DNA of 63,996 nucleotides, filler included, from Basidiobolus ranarum (Eukaryota): NCBI GenBank assembly GCA_040143965.1. It is 5 parts of 5 records of this genome, joined end to end, with 100 filler letters (N's around TTAATTAATTAA, not from the genome) between each part and the next. Parts side by side here need not be neighbours in the genome. Positions count along the whole stretch, not along the records: positions 53,354 to 63,996 come from JASJQH010007558.1; 4 more parts are not named here. One strand, 5' to 3'. Shown piece by piece: positions 53,354 to 63,996 of this stretch (position 1 is its first letter; each line of letters starts with the position of its first letter). The notes under the pieces were generated by a model. It saw only the letters and a program-made list of their open reading frames with translations, ran no database searches and was not told where the DNA came from. The position numbers and the translations under genes were made by a program.

Positions 53354-53436
53354 CTTGAAACTTACTGATTCAGGATCTTTTCACCAGTTAACTACTTACT
53401 TTTCAACTTTCCCTCACGGTACTATTACTCTATCGC

Positions 53437-56400
53437 TCATTGTATCATATCAAGAATAGGTTTCCATTGTTTTCTATGCTCAGGAAGGGTATGAGAATCT
53501 TTGCGAATGTACAAAAATAGAGATTGTTGCATGTGTAGTAAAATTTGGAGAGCGTCAAGTTGAAGTTTTCTTCCAAGAGGAATGGGATGCGAGTCGTAAT
53601 ATTCAAGCGATGGGTTAGTTGTGACTAGAGTAGGGCCAGATTTGGTGGAATTGGATGCATTTTTCTCAAACTCATCTTCAAAATCCATACTATTTGACTT
53701 CTTGGAGACTCCTCTAATTCGAGATGGAGGTGCTATAGAATGTCCAATATTCTCTTCAAACAACGAAATCTCAATAAGGCAATTACAAATATATTGTAAA
53801 AGTGTCGGGTTCATTATCTGGAATTTCCACAAAGGCTCGTTCATTTCATGGCAAGATGAAGAGGAAGACCACAGCTCGGGTTGAACCACTTGTTGCCACA
53901 CCTGTCGCTCTGGATACGCCTCTATATTTTTTACTTCGAAATGAGTTTTAAGCACATTGATGATAGCAGTTAGGTACTGAGATTGATTGGACAAAAGTCG
54001 AATTGCTTGATGAAGCAAGCTCCAAAGTGCATTCATTTCATCCATTAAAGGCTCTTCCAGTAACAACTCAAAAGTAGTAACATCCAGGCTTACTAAGGAC
54101 ATGGCAATCCTATTAAAAAGAGTAGAGATCTGAATGCTGTATATGAGGCCTCGGCACATTTGAGCATATAAAGAATCTGACATTGTATCTGGATCTCTTA
54201 TCAAACGAATATATTCTCTTATTTGACTATGTATGCCAGAGAAGGTCTTAGAGAATAATATACAAAGCTCGTGGCATAGCTTTTGTCTAAAATCAGAACG
54301 ATAATTACGAGCGTCTTGGCTCTCGCTCTTGTGGTCGTTGGTTATTTTTTGGATTCCCGTTACATTCAATGGGCCTCCATCCAGCAGCTCACGCAAAGCT
54401 GTTACATCTCGTAGACGCTTCTCAAATAGAATCTCGGTGGATGCAATCTCCCGCAGCTGCCCCATTCTATAATAGCCTTGAATTTTGAGACGATTCTCAA
54501 TAAAAACATCTCGATGGGATTCATAGTCTGGATCACCCTCTTCAGTAGATGTAAAGTTGACCAAGTCTGAGTGGTGCTCAGTGTGAGTCTGTAGAAAAGG
54601 TACTAACAAGGCTTCCGCGCACATTTCTATATCGTTGATTGGGGAAACGTGGAACACCTGAATTCCATCTTCGGTGGATTGAATGTCAGACACAAACTTA
54701 CTTTGTCCAACCATATGAGTGAAAATCCACTTTAGCCATCCGACATCTCGTACTTGTTTAGAAGATGTAGAATCAAGGCTATGTGAGAAAATATCGAAAG
54801 ATACTAAGGCCGAATAATTTGTTAAAAGAATAATAAGATTATCTGTGAAATCTTTCTCTGTCGTTGATTGATTCTCTTCGGTCTCAGAGCCGCCCTTAAC
54901 TATATTTTGACTTAGAAGTACGGGAACGAACTTGGATATCTCCTTCCGTGATGTTGCCATCTCCGCATTAGGAACAAGTTGACTTATCATTAGGGTATTC
55001 AAAACTAAGACAGCAGCCCCTCCCACGTACAGAGAAGTAACTTTTTGAAGGGCTTGATGCCATACCTTGGTCCACATTTGCGAAGTGGTGTTCGAAAAAC
55101 CATAGATATCGAACTGGCTGTCCGACTTTTTGGAAGATTCAGCGAGCGCGGTAGTATCTTTTCGATGTATCCATTTAGAAAATGCAATGCAAGACTCGGC
55201 AAAAGTTTTGAGGCACAACAAACTCCAAAACAAAGTAGTATGATCTTCGCTGGACAATAATTCAATGACAAGCTCAGGGATGGAGTGTGGGTTTCTATTT
55301 GATAAAGCACTCTGAATATGCTCCATAAGAGGTAACGGAATTGAAATAATCCTGTGGGGATATTTTTCATTGAGAGACATGAAGACCTGAAGCAGTGAAA
55401 CTAACAGCCCACTGTTACTTGACGACGCAAGTGATAATGTCTTCATAACTTCACCTAATACGGGAAATTCGTTCAATACAGAGGTATTGCTCTTAAGCCG
55501 TTTACTCGATGGTAACTCCTCATATATACTACGCTTTCCACTAGAATTCAGAGTGTGACCACTTGAAGTAGAAAACGGGTTCAAGTACGACTTGTTGGGA
55601 ACATTTGTCTCTACCTTTTTTTTAGAAGGCCTTTGCAAATGCCATGTCGATTGTTCAATTAGGATGAGTTGGTTATAAACATCCGCAACAAAGTCCATAC
55701 AAACCCAACGCCAGCCTACCTGCTCATCGGAGCTTTTCATAGCCCAAGTACACACTTGAGTTTCATTGGATTTACTTCTAAATGGAGTATGAGATCCAAA
55801 GGTTAATCCCAAACTCTCGTTAGTCTGTGCGACGGGATGGGATTTGTTGGTTGTGGATGGTGCTGTCGAAAGCAAGGAAGTGAAATTAAAAGAGTATGCT
55901 CGACCTAGTAAAGGATTAACCGATTCATTCCTACTTTTCGCAAGATCGTCTTGAATGCATTTGTAAATATCGTATAGTCTATTGATCGTCTCTTTGTCCA
56001 AAGCATCTACGTTTACACTGTTGAATTGATCCTCACTTAGAGTATACGGGTCCAAACATGTATAAATTTGCTTAAATTGAAGTCGAACAAAGCAGATGAG
56101 TTCTACCTTGACTGCAAGTGTTTTTGTATTCCATAGAGATACGATAGTAGCGTGGAACAGAAGAGAGAACTCACGCGAAATATCAATATCGTTCAACGTC
56201 AACTCGCATATCACGCTGTTAATGGCAGACAGAATCAACGGAGTGGTATTGGTTTCTCGCGGATAACAGTAGAAGTAAGTTAAAAACAAGCACAAAATAT
56301 TGAACCCATATTCTCGTGTCCAATCATACGTAGAAGCAACTAGTAGACAAATGATTTTCGAAACTTCCACTTCAGCTAAGTTCGTGCCTAATTGCTGTGT

Positions 56401-57228
56401 ACTAACTTTACCTCGGTATCTAGAATGAGGTTTTTGGGGTGAAATATCGGAATATGCGCCAAACAAGCTTTTTCCCTGGTCACTTCCGCTTGAAGGATCG
56501 AATGACCCAGCTATCTCGATATCAGATTCCACATCGGTTTCGTCGGAGCTCAAGTCAATAGATTCAGATCGTCGAGAGCCGTTAGCTTTGAGATTTCGTA
56601 AACCAGGTTTGCCAGAAGTTTTTTGCGAGGATATACTAGGGTTTTTCTCACCAATAAGTGTACTACCAAACAAATACATGAGGTTATCCCACAACGTTCT
56701 AGTAAGTCTATCGCGATACGGTCTATGTGTAAGGATATGATTAGCTAACGCTTTTGAATAGTCTAAAAGGAACGGAGTAAAGATTTCCAGATTTTGCCTA
56801 GTTGCATCCGGTGCAAAAGAAGAGTTTTTAAAAGGTTGTTCGTCCGAAAGATTCTCTCTATTAAGCCATAAAGTGGCTATCATGTGAGAGTAGACATCAC
56901 GTATAATACGATAAAGCGGTTGAGCAGAAGTGCTATGGCAAACTTTCAAAATCCAACGAAAATCTGTCCCTAGCTGTTTAAACCTCGCAGGTACTGAGGC
57001 AGTAGCCAAGGAGGCTGAGCCTAACTTTTTCAAGAAATCCCGTTGCTCCATCTCGATGAGAGTCATAAATTCAAGTATTACATGCTCCCAGGTCTCTTGG
57101 TCTATATGAAGTAAGTTTGAATCAATAGAAAGGAGCTCCTTCAGTTGGTGGACACTCTCGGTTCGCTTTTTTATGACTCTTGAACTGAAACCAGTACAGT
57201 AGTGAGATATGGTACTTGACAATGACAT
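53437..57228 (-). CDS. Large helical protein, probably the N-terminal part of TEL1/ATM (TAN domain)
   Basis: N-terminal SSRVIKKRTESVHQL...TWEHVILEFMTLIEME...ARFKQLGTDFRW fits the TAN pattern; no kinase domain in the window. Confidence 0.55.
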   Translation of the reverse strand: MSLSSTISHYCTGFSSRVIKKRTESVHQLKELLSIDSNLLHIDQETWEHVILEFMTLIEMEQRDFLKKLGSASLATASVPARFKQLGTDFRWILKVCHSTSAQPLYRIIRDVYSHMIATLWLNRENLSDEQPFKNSSFAPDATRQNLEIFTPFLLDYSKALANHILTHRPYRDRLTRTLWDNLMYLFGSTLIGEKNPSISSQKTSGKPGLRNLKANGSRRSESIDLSSDETDVESDIEIAGSFDPSSGSDQGKSLFGAYSDISPQKPHSRYRGKVSTQQLGTNLAEVEVSKIICLLVASTYDWTREYGFNILCLFLTYFYCYPRETNTTPLILSAINSVICELTLNDIDISREFSLLFHATIVSLWNTKTLAVKVELICFVRLQFKQIYTCLDPYTLSEDQFNSVNVDALDKETINRLYDIYKCIQDDLAKSRNESVNPLLGRAYSFNFTSLLSTAPSTTNKSHPVAQTNESLGLTFGSHTPFRSKSNETQVCTWAMKSSDEQVGWRWVCMDFVADVYNQLILIEQSTWHLQRPSKKKVETNVPNKSYLNPFSTSSGHTLNSSGKRSIYEELPSSKRLKSNTSVLNEFPVLGEVMKTLSLASSSNSGLLVSLLQVFMSLNEKYPHRIISIPLPLMEHIQSALSNRNPHSIPELVIELLSSEDHTTLFWSLLCLKTFAESCIAFSKWIHRKDTTALAESSKKSDSQFDIYGFSNTTSQMWTKVWHQALQKVTSLYVGGAAVLVLNTLMISQLVPNAEMATSRKEISKFVPVLLSQNIVKGGSETEENQSTTEKDFTDNLIILLTNYSALVSFDIFSHSLDSTSSKQVRDVGWLKWIFTHMVGQSKFVSDIQSTEDGIQVFHVSPINDIEMCAEALLVPFLQTHTEHHSDLVNFTSTEEGDPDYESHRDVFIENRLKIQGYYRMGQLREIASTEILFEKRLRDVTALRELLDGGPLNVTGIQKITNDHKSESQDARNYRSDFRQKLCHELCILFSKTFSGIHSQIREYIRLIRDPDTMSDSLYAQMCRGLIYSIQISTLFNRIAMSLVSLDVTTFELLLEEPLMDEMNALWSLLHQAIRLLSNQSQYLTAIINVLKTHFEVKNIEAYPERQVWQQVVQPELWSSSSSCHEMNEPLWKFQIMNPTLLQYICNCLIEISLFEENIGHSIAPPSRIRGVSKKSNSMDFEDEFEKNASNSTKSGPTLVTTNPSLEYYDSHPIPLGRKLQLDALQILLHMQQSLFLYIRKDSHTLPEHRKQWKPILDMIQ

Positions 57229-57844
57229 CTCCGTAATATATGCCAATGCACTGTCCAAATAAGTATAATTACTTTTTGCTGGAATGAGTCAAGTGTACTA
57301 CTATCTTGGAACTGATAATAAGGCTCAGAAATAGAGCCCAATTCGATTGGCAACTGCTTTGGAAACGATTATTTACAAGAATCAACCACGGTCGAAAAGA
57401 TAATAAAATCCAAGAGCATCAATTATGTATATAGAACTTCAATTTCATTCGATGCATTAAAGTTTACTTTTCAAAAATTAAGCAGATTCAGTTATTTGGG
57501 GTATGCGAAAAAAGGTACACTGAATGTTATGAGAGCATATAAAATGTAAACATGGAACGGAATTTAGCTTCACAACTGTACTCAACCAGAATTCGCAACA
57601 ACGCTTCATATTGAACAAATATTCACATGTTTATTTAGTATGTACACAGAGTATGAAACAGTAGACCAAAGAATCAAAGGCAAACAGATATCTCAGATAC
57701 CGCTTGGCAACAACAAGGCCCATTAAGATTAGCTGTGCAAGTCAAGAAGTTTAGAACGGAATGAGAGCAATAATTATTTTAACGATAGAGAAGCTGATCT
57801 ATCGATCAAGTACGGATTAGCAATGGAATATACTCTGGTCATAT

Positions 57845-59328
57845 TTATCCAAGAATAGGCAAGAACTAAATTTCAATACAACGTAAGTACGAATTTGAGA
57901 ATCAGCTAATAGAACGTATGGAATGGCGCTTACATTTCCGACAATAGCAAGTGGAATGTCAAATATATCTCTCTTGAAAGTAAAACAAAAGGCGCAGGGA
58001 ACAATTCGCCCAGTGGGTGTGATTAGATTGCACTTTGTTTTGACTGACTGTTCAGAGTTATCGAATGCATGTGTGGCAAAATGCTCCCAATAATTTATCG
58101 CAGAGATGTTATCCATAAGCTGAGAACTTCAAATTAGTAATGGTACTCATGAGTAAAAAATTGAAGTGTTAGTACCTCGTAAATATAAGTCGGTTTACTG
58201 AATAAATCTTCTTTAGACCATTGAGTTAGTAATGAAAACTCCTTCCCAGCCAAGGCAAGTTGACCTGTGCGACGCCAAACAACTGTTGGAGTCCCTGAAA
58301 AGCTGATAAGCTTTTCAAACTCCTTTAAATAAAAACATAAAGTTAGTTTTGTGGAACAATCACGGAGTCGTGGTAATAGAGCAATACTAACTAGTAAGAT
58401 TCTTTGGAAACTCTTCTCCATGTAAATCATATCTTCCTCAGTCAGATTTCGTATCAACGCGATGAATGAAGGACGAAAAGACGTAAACGCTTTGCAAACA
58501 CGAATGATCTCTTCTTTTGTCATTCTGAAAATAGCAGAGTTAGAACTTTCGGAAAATAAGCCCACACATTTGAATAAAAACGAACCTCTCTTTGATATAA
58601 CGAAATAAATAATGATATCCCTCAATATAGTTAAAAGGGGCCGTAGGGTTGTGATATATAGCGCTTACAGCTGGCACAACATTCATCAAATTTGGGCTTC
58701 TCTGTATGATGTTTCCAATAGCCAGTAAATCATTATTAGTGCCAGGGCCAAGGGCGGAGCTCCAAGCAGGATCAGCCACACTTTCTCCAGGATTAGCCAG
58801 CATGTTACTTAGAACTGAATACTCAAGGTTCAGCGCCTCTGAACCAAATCCACAACTCTGTGTAGGAGACAAACTATATGGCGAAGAGTTAATATTAGGG
58901 GTAACTAGGACAGAGAAATCTCAGTTAGACATAATATTCTGAGCCAAAAATATGCAAGAAAAAGCAGCAAGCTACCTCCAGCACCAATGTCTTGTAAATA
59001 TTTAGCTCTCTTTCTATGGCCGTCTCGACAAGTAGTAGCTAGATTACGTTTTATACAACGTTGGCAAGGACGGGCTTTAATAAATTGGGTTAGCAATCCG
59101 ATGTGCGCTTTTAAATTAATAAAATCACGACTTACAATCATCACAAGTTAGGTGAGCTTTTTGGCAATGAAAACAGGCACGAGCGGTCTTTCTTCTCTTA
59201 GTATGTTTCACACGATTAGTGTCAGGACTATCTGTGATGGTCTGCTGTTTCGGGGAAGAACTAGTCGACGTGGTTGATATCGGAGAATTGGTAGTTTCGT
59301 AAATAGGGTTTGAAGCCACCTGTGCCAT
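57845..59328 (-). CDS. ERT1: Zn2Cys6 plus PAS-like gluconeogenesis transcription factor ERT1/AcuK, multi-exon
   Basis: [72 protein letters not shown]. Confidence 0.88.
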
Positions 59329-61010
59329 AGTGTAGTAACTTGGAATTCTTTCTATATCAAAGCTAGGGTAATACTTCGGAAAGAAACGGAGGATAGTCAA
59401 AATTATTGAAATATTGCGATAAGCAAGAAATAGTTAAAAAAAACTTCAGAAAAAAAGAGCCTATGGGATTATAAACATCAAGAATGAAGCTAATAACAAG
59501 AGGACCATGTGATCGTATCAATATCTGGATCTATGATAGTAGTCACGCCTCACCAGACATCACACCAAATTCAATTTATAAGACTTACCTGATTCAGATG
59601 GTTGTGCACCTATATGCTGCAGCGAGGTTAGTCACGAGCCTATAGTCTCTATCCTGTTAATCTTTGACTACATCGTATTCAAGACCCTTAATAGTTCCCT
59701 GGGCTGATGGATAGGGGTGCTGGTTCATCATTGAATTCGATAGATTCGATGTGCAGATAGCAATACAGACTAGCCACCTGTATCTTTATTTGTAACAGCA
59801 ACATATGACTCACACGGCCAGTGGTGAGTCCTTCTTAGCGCTCTGTTCAAGTCAGTGTTTTTGTGCCCACTGATACAGGAGCCATGTTACGTACAAGCGA
59901 GTGATGCAAAGACTCGTAAGACATGATGGCTCTGAATAAGTTTAGCAACCGTTGTCCGGCATTGACAGACAGTATGAGAGATTCGCTAATCCAATTAATC
60001 AAGATCCAAGCTCTAAGCTGATTAAGGTAAGACGGTGGCTCTGCTTTCCGGATTTGAAGAGTCCACCTGTCTAACAGTGATCCAAGGTAGTGCAGACTCT
60101 TGTAGCCCCATTCACCTCTACTTACTGGTGACTATTTATGTTCAGAATGGAGTCGAATCTGCATTTAATCACCATACATTCAGAAGAAGCAGCAGCATTT
60201 GGCCTAATACATATCATGCTGATCCCCTAACTGACAGCTTGGATTCCCCCGATGTGACTGATGCAGTGCCTCCAGATGAGGTCGACCATTGGCACCTGAC
60301 GATCACGCGCCATTCCTGGCATCAGTGGAAGCACAATTGGTCAGATGAAGAACCTGTCGTAAGAGTCATAAGGTTGCAAAGGTGTGGCATTTGTTGTTGT
60401 AGTTGGCTTAGTTTGATATATTCCTATAGCCAACATAACTAGGTCACTAATTAGTGTCAGGTCGCAAAAGCTCAATAGCTGCAAAAGTAATCACCAATTT
60501 CAGGCAAGGAGTTAAGTGAGCCTTTTGTGCCCTTCCGGAATAATACATCCCAAATATGACAGCATGAGCTGCACCTACCAGCTCGCTCATAACCTGAGCA
60601 AATTGATCTTTGTTGGTCTACGAGGCCCATCGGCGTAAGCGTCTGGAACCACATCCTATTTGCTGCTCAGCGCATACAGAAAATGATCGGTTGTATCACC
60701 TGTGGTGTCTATGTGATGAATAGGATCTAATTGATATGCCTAGTAATTATAAATATATACAGAAATGCGGTCGCCATTGACTCCGAAACATAGTGAATGT
60801 AACTCTTTTCTTGATTCAATTGCTGGTAATGGAGTAGTCATGAACATATCACTGTTCATAGAAGTATATAACAAGTCGTAATTTTTTTCTATTTTGTTGT
60901 CTTACTTCGAACAACCTGGCCACTATCTCCAACCTTACTAGTCGAAACAACTGGCCGTCGAATTCTCGAATAACTTGCCTGAAATATTGTCAAGCAACTC
61001 TCGTATCAGA

Positions 61011-61265
61011 ATGGAATCAGTACCTCCTGCAACACAATTCATTCCTAAGAAACCGGACATGACCTTAAAGTTCAGTGAAGACACAAACACTGGGATCCAC
61101 GAGTATCAACTACCAAAAACACCATATCCTCATCGGGTATATTTACCTATACATGAGGAAGAGCATGAAAGCGATCTTGAAAACAAACCTAACCATGAAG
61201 AAGCGAATGAGGAACAACATAGTTCTCTTGATCATGACGACGATATATTTTCTTCAGATAACTAA
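61011..61265 (+). CDS. Small acidic hypothetical protein
   Basis: ATG-started ORF with LKFSE...LPKTPYP and an acidic tail; no family recognised. Confidence 0.45.
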   Translation: MESVPPATQFIPKKPDMTLKFSEDTNTGIHEYQLPKTPYPHRVYLPIHEEEHESDLENKPNHEEANEEQHSSLDHDDDIFSSDN

Positions 61266-62227
61266 ATTTGAACCTCTTTTGGAGTAAGTGATTTCTCGAT
61301 TTTGTACATAAATTCCAAAAAAGTTAAGAAATTTTTTACAACGTTCATTTATTTGGATTGCAAACTCAACAGTTCCCGAGCCTTCCTATTTTTATTCTCA
61401 CTATAGTGGAACGAAGCTCATGTTAACATCCTCAATAATCACTTGCTATTTAAAGCGGGTATACTCAAGTTCTCTTACAGAAATGGCTATCTCTACTATA
61501 TAAGTTTGACTCTGACGATATTATATCAATTGAGCCTTTCGCTTGAAACCTTGAGTCTCAAATCTTGAATATTACTCTAGATTATCATAGAAAAACCAGC
61601 ACTTTACTTCAAGTAGCACATTCTAACACCATTAAATCAAATATAGATATTCTGGTATTTCCTGGGATTTATAAATTACCAATCTATCTATAATTATATC
61701 AAAACTCGAGAAAATCAATATTAAAAGAGCAATGTCGAATCAGCGTAAAGATAACCAATCAGAAGTATCACTGCTCGAAGCTTAAACTCGAACTGTTGAT
61801 GGTGCTTGGGTAAAACAGAACGTTGTAATGTCCTGCAAACTCTCAAGATAGTGAGCCTTTGTGCCGAATGATGCATATTAGCCACAGATGTCCACCATAC
61901 CCCTTGTTATCAGAAAGATATATTCATACGAAAACAAACTCTTCTTGATATGAAAGTACACTGTTTATCATTTCTCCTACTTTTTGAATTCAGTATAGAA
62001 TAACTAATAAATGAAAAATTTCCTTTCAAAACTCCAAGAAAAGCAATTAAATTAAAATCACGTGGGGCTTGATATATGTATACACAATTGGGTCTCATTA
62101 GGATTTATTAGAATTCGCTAATATCGGAATCTTTGAATATGAAGACAAAATGGGATCAAATGAACTATGGAAGCTATGGGTAAACAAAATGATTTTAGCC
62201 GGTAGCAGGGACACTGTCCACTACTCA

Positions 62228-62686
62228 TTATAACAATAATGCAATTAAAACACCAGAGACTAAAACTACATTACCACTGGAGAGTACTGTAAGGCCGTTA
62301 GAGCCACTGAGAATATTGCTGGTAGGATTTGATTTGGAACCAGGACTGGTGACAGTGGGAGAAGCAACTGCGTTCGTTTGAGACTCTAATGGTATACCTT
62401 TGCATTGGTTTTCTTGCTCGGCCATCTGACAAGTGTTGAGAGCACTGGTTACAGCAGGATCATTTCTACAGTATTGAGTGCAGTATACGAATTCTTTAGC
62501 TTGCATACAGTGGCATAACGCATCAGTGGCCTCACAAAATTTGGCCAAAGCATTGGTTCGACATAAGTTATATGTGTCAGCACCTTCACAGGTGCTGGTA
62601 GAGTTGAGGGATGGCAGGCAAGAGGTAGCAGCCATAACTGTCCCAACCGCGGTAGCAAGAGGAATAAGGATCGAGGCTAATTTCAT
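62228..62686 (-). CDS. Secreted Cys-rich, probably GPI-anchored cell-surface protein
   Basis: Signal peptide, Cys-rich core, S/T-rich linker, SGSNG omega-like site and hydrophobic C-terminus. Confidence 0.8.
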   Translation of the reverse strand: MKLASILIPLATAVGTVMAATSCLPSLNSTSTCEGADTYNLCRTNALAKFCEATDALCHCMQAKEFVYCTQYCRNDPAVTSALNTCQMAEQENQCKGIPLESQTNAVASPTVTSPGSKSNPTSNILSGSNGLTVLSSGNVVLVSGVLIALLL

Positions 62687-63996
62687 AGTAGGAACGAGGG
62701 AATAAAAACCAAAATGTCAGAAAATACAAGCGCTTGAGCCATAGTGTGAGTTTTATATAGTTTTGTGCCGTAGTAAGTAACAGGATTTATCCAAATTTGT
62801 GCCATATAAAATAATGAGAGAACATAGGAATTTCGAATGAGCTTTTCTTTCCAAGATAATACTTCTCGTGTAACCTTCTCTAATGTGGTTGTTCTCATTC
62901 CTGTGATCACCTTTTCATTTGGGGACTGCACCTCTCTCGAACCATCAATTGGCGGAATATTTATGCTGGGAGCCCCGTCAAAGTCGGAATAGCCAATAAT
63001 ACTCATGAAGTGGTTAAGACTAGTTGCTAGATTTTGCCGATTCTATCTTGAATTGAAAATGAATTAGTGGGTCCTCGAGCCAGTTCTGGGCTGTGAATGG
63101 CGTAATTGCTGGTTTTTGTAATGGCGCTGTTGTCTTCTCTAATCAACAAATAGCGATTGTTGGATGAATAACCGCCTTTGGTTTTTGTTTGTTTTAGAAT
63201 TAACAATACAAAGAAGTCCCTAATATATCAGTACTGCAAGGCAAATTTGGCCACCAAATAACCCCATTTCTAGGTTGCTTTGTTAGGTTTGGGGAAGGCC
63301 TTGCTTTTAACAAGCCATATTCTAAAATCGTTAAAAGCCGAGTCGTTTTCCTTAACAGGTACATTCTATTAAAAGATCGCACGGTAATTGTATCGATTCT
63401 ACTTGACCTTCGCTTCCAGAGTTGTCTTAATGTTGATTTATTTGATCAGGTATTGCCAAGCTATTGTCCATATTTGTAACCAACTAAATGAGGATCAATC
63501 CGTCGATTGATATGCAACTAGGATCCGGTATTATTGGTTTCTTCCAATATCGGCAATGTGGGAAAGCATTGGTTAGTTGCTGATAAATTGCCATTGATCT
63601 GTTTGAAGCACTGCAAAACAATTTAATCAACAAATTAAGATGCATGCGCAACAGCAACAAAAAGAGTTAGATTAACTAAGTGGGGTCTTGACATACATTA
63701 GTTTCAGCTCAAGTCGATCGTGCAAAGCATTGGGCCTGAATACAGTGGGTTGAGGTGTTCCATTGACGATCAATTACTATCGACTATCGAGATGAGTTGC
63801 CGAGATTTAAGTCAGGTCCATTCGGACAGTACCAATCACTTTGTATTCAAAATTTCAAAGTAACAATGCCAACTCATTTCACAGTGTGAATGCACACTAC
63901 AGTAAAAGATGCTTCCTTGTAGAGTCGCTATTCCAGCTAGGACCTGAAGCAAAAGAGTGTTAGCCGACAATCAGTATTAAATCAAAGTTAGAGAGC

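Noticed and set aside
59500-60750. Short ORFs upstream of ERT1 (e.g. 60035-60442)
   Set aside because: No recognisable motif, splice pattern or terminal repeat

Overview
AT-rich, intron-rich eukaryotic genomic DNA. Gene content points to an early-diverging ('zygomycete'-grade) fungus; Basidiobolus-like is an inference, not verified. The window is not contiguous: five contigs are joined by 100-bp artificial linkers (N44-TTAATTAATTAA-N44) at 13262, 26609, 39940 and 53254, so adjacency across linkers is meaningless. Recognisable genes: MRS2/CorA Mg transporter, HUA1-like Zn-finger protein, biotin synthase, Cdc25/MIH1 phosphatase, an LRR fragment, VIP1/PPIP5K, cyclin L, valyl-tRNA synthetase, WBP2-like protein, DBP6 helicase, RPL14, a GLUD-type glutamate dehydrogenase tail, an RPS16-RPL13-RPL32 cluster, TMEM70-like and CCDC28-like genes, GAPDH, a TEL1/ATM-like N-terminus, an ERT1/AcuK transcription factor and a GPI-anchored protein. 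A decayed Ty1/Copia element and several related LTRs are present, two of which form a ~640-bp palindrome. Most notable: (1) an intact 5-exon gene for a secreted bacterial-type HExxH metallopeptidase fused to VHL-beta-like and ShKT domains at phase-1 introns; (2) two U12 (minor spliceosome) introns, one in the RPL13 5'UTR and one in cyclin L; (3) a Cys-repeat type-I membrane protein built from symmetric phase-1 exons; (4) a candidate tail-anchored dynein adaptor.
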